From positions 1 through 18,011 of the forward strand of contig SDNO01000032.1 in assembly GCA_004524435.1 (NCBI GenBank): DNA of 18,011 nucleotides, read 5' to 3'. Of the stretch, positions 16,744-18,011 are shown in pieces. The notes under the pieces were generated by a model, which was not told the origin of the DNA, searched no databases, and saw only the letters and a list, made by a program, of their open reading frames with translations. The stretch comes from Candidatus Thorarchaeota archaeon (lineage in GTDB: Archaea > Asgardarchaeota > Thorarchaeia > Thorarchaeales > Thorarchaeaceae). The position numbers were made by a program, and so were the translations under genes. How positions within the stretch are numbered: the first letter of the stretch is position 1; each line of letters begins with the position of its first letter.

Positions 16744-17523
16744 TTGAGTTCCGTTGGGTTAACTTGTCGTTTGGCAATCGCCCACAATATTGTGGAACAG
16801 AACCTCCCACTTCATGAGTCTGACCCACTATCGGCTTTCTCCTCAGGAAAGCTATATGAGGGGGCGGTAAGCCCTTCCTTGCCAGACGCGGTGAAACCAT
16901 GCGTCGCGTCTTGGAGCGTTTCATGTTTGCAGGATGTCTTTCAGATTGTAACCGATTTGATTCTCCAAGGCTACCTCGGTCTTTTCATGGCCTGCTTCAT
17001 AATCAACATGATTCCTTTTCTTAGCCCAAGCAATATGGTCCTTGCTGGTGTGGCATCTCTCTTGCTACCTTGGATGCATTGGGTCTCAGTTGGCTTGATA
17101 GTCGGGATTGCCGCAACAATTGCCAAACTCATCCACTACCTGGTGGTACGGGGTTCGAGGATTGCACTCTCCCATGAACGTCTGGAGCGACTCGATTCAG
17201 AGAGAACACGGATGGAGAAGTGGGGCCCTCTGGCTCTGTTTGTTGCTGCTGCCTCCCCGGTACCAGATGACCCCTTGATTGTGTATGTGGGGCTCACGAA
17301 GTATCCCATTCCCATCTTTCTCGTGAGCTATTTTGTCGGCAAGATAGCTGTCACATTGGCAGGTGCCCTCATCGGATATTCAGTTGGGAGCTTCTTTGAG
17401 TCGTTGCCTGTCGTTATTGCCTCCATTGCATTGACTGCCATCATCACGGGATATCTCTTCAAGCGGAAGACAGAAGGTGAGGACTCGGACCAACTTATGG
17501 AAATATTGGAAGAGAATGTCTAG
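16744..17523 (+). CDS. DedA/VTT (TVP38/TMEM64-like) family membrane protein; start codon uncertain
   Basis: Multi-TM protein with the DedA-like motif ...GYLGLFMACFIINMIPFLSPSNMVLAGVAS... and a second re-entrant-like region (PVPDDPLIVYVGLTKYPIPIF); ORF opens with TTG and has an ~80-residue N-terminal region with no Met. Confidence 0.5.
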   Translation: MSSVGLTCRLAIAHNIVEQNLPLHESDPLSAFSSGKLYEGAVSPSLPDAVKPCVASWSVSCLQDVFQIVTDLILQGYLGLFMACFIINMIPFLSPSNMVLAGVASLLLPWMHWVSVGLIVGIAATIAKLIHYLVVRGSRIALSHERLERLDSERTRMEKWGPLALFVAAASPVPDDPLIVYVGLTKYPIPIFLVSYFVGKIAVTLAGALIGYSVGSFFESLPVVIASIALTAIITGYLFKRKTEGEDSDQLMEILEENV

Positions 17524-17611
17524 CCGTTTCATCGGGTATGGGTGCGCTCGAGTTGGATACTTCGCAAGTCTTAAGAGCTCTAACACCTGAACTCGCTAGA
17601 CACCGGTGAGC

Positions 17612-18010
17612 ATGATGGCAGGTACAAGCACAGTTGAAGTCAAATGTGTGAAATGTGGTCGCATCTACGAAACAGAAGCGATTGACCACATCGACCTCTC
17701 TCAAGATAGGGATCTCTACCGGAGGATTCAGAGGGGCAAGATAAACCGTGCACAATGCCCAAAATGCCGGAAGGTCATGTACTTGGACCGAAGTGTTGTC
17801 ATCAATTTCGAGCCCCTTGATCTCATTGTTGTGTACGATCAGACTGCTAAGTCCGCTTCGGCCAGGAAGGAGATTGAGCATCAGTTCCGAAATGTGACAT
17901 CGTTCAATGAAGTCTTGGAAGAGATTGGCAATGAGGTTGAGTTTGAGGTCATTAGCGACCTCAAGAAACTCAAGAAGCTCATGAAAGACTACACGAAGAC
18001 CTACGGCTAG
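17612..18010 (+). CDS. CpXC-domain zinc-finger protein
   Basis: VKCVKCGRIYETEAIDHIDLSQDRDLYRRIQRGKINRAQCPKCRKVMYLD matches the CxxCG...CPxC architecture; ATG at 17612 lies 5 nt downstream of ggtgag (the track's GTG at 17606 is in the same frame). Confidence 0.65.
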   Translation: MMAGTSTVEVKCVKCGRIYETEAIDHIDLSQDRDLYRRIQRGKINRAQCPKCRKVMYLDRSVVINFEPLDLIVVYDQTAKSASARKEIEHQFRNVTSFNEVLEEIGNEVEFEVISDLKKLKKLMKDYTKTYG

Positions 18011-18011
18011 A

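Noticed and set aside
1-18011. Search for CRISPR arrays, tRNA/rRNA genes, IS elements or integrases
   Set aside because: No short direct repeats with regular spacers, no cloverleaf-compatible segments found in the intergenic regions inspected, and no transposase/integrase-like ORFs. The only tandem repeats are the in-frame coding repeats in the nfeD and flotillin genes.

Overview
This 18 kb window looks like archaeal chromosome: it carries RadA, a geranylgeranyl (archaeal lipid) reductase, the two-subunit archaeal/eukaryotic-type PheRS, and aRF1 with NIKS and GGQ motifs. Two paralogous eukaryote-like Ras/Rab-family small GTPases (G1 GxxxxGKT, switch-I TIGTTF, DxxGQ, NKxD, ETSAK; no C-terminal Cys prenylation motif) suggest an Asgard-group archaeon; base composition looks roughly balanced by eye. 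Housekeeping genes (radA, GGR, purA, pheS-pheT, aRF1) are interspersed with accessory-looking loci: (1) a Rab-like GTPase plus a 5-TM membrane protein, divergent from an NfeD-like and flotillin-like (SPFH) operon in which the NfeD homolog carries about 25 tandem HDxx tetrapeptide units; (2) a second Rab-like GTPase sitting between pheST and a CBS-pair protein; (3) a two-gene minus-strand cassette of unknown function whose first product looks like a TM-anchored PD-(D/E)xK (RecB/Cas4-like) nuclease with a Cys-rich tail; (4) a plus-strand string of an AbrB-like/ACT-like protein, a DedA/VTT membrane protein and a CpXC zinc-finger protein. I saw no rRNA, tRNA, CRISPR array or transposase. RadA has an anomalous 5' end: the acidic tail and HhH domain are encoded upstream of the first canonical start codon, next to a GGGAGG / CTG-TAA-G element.
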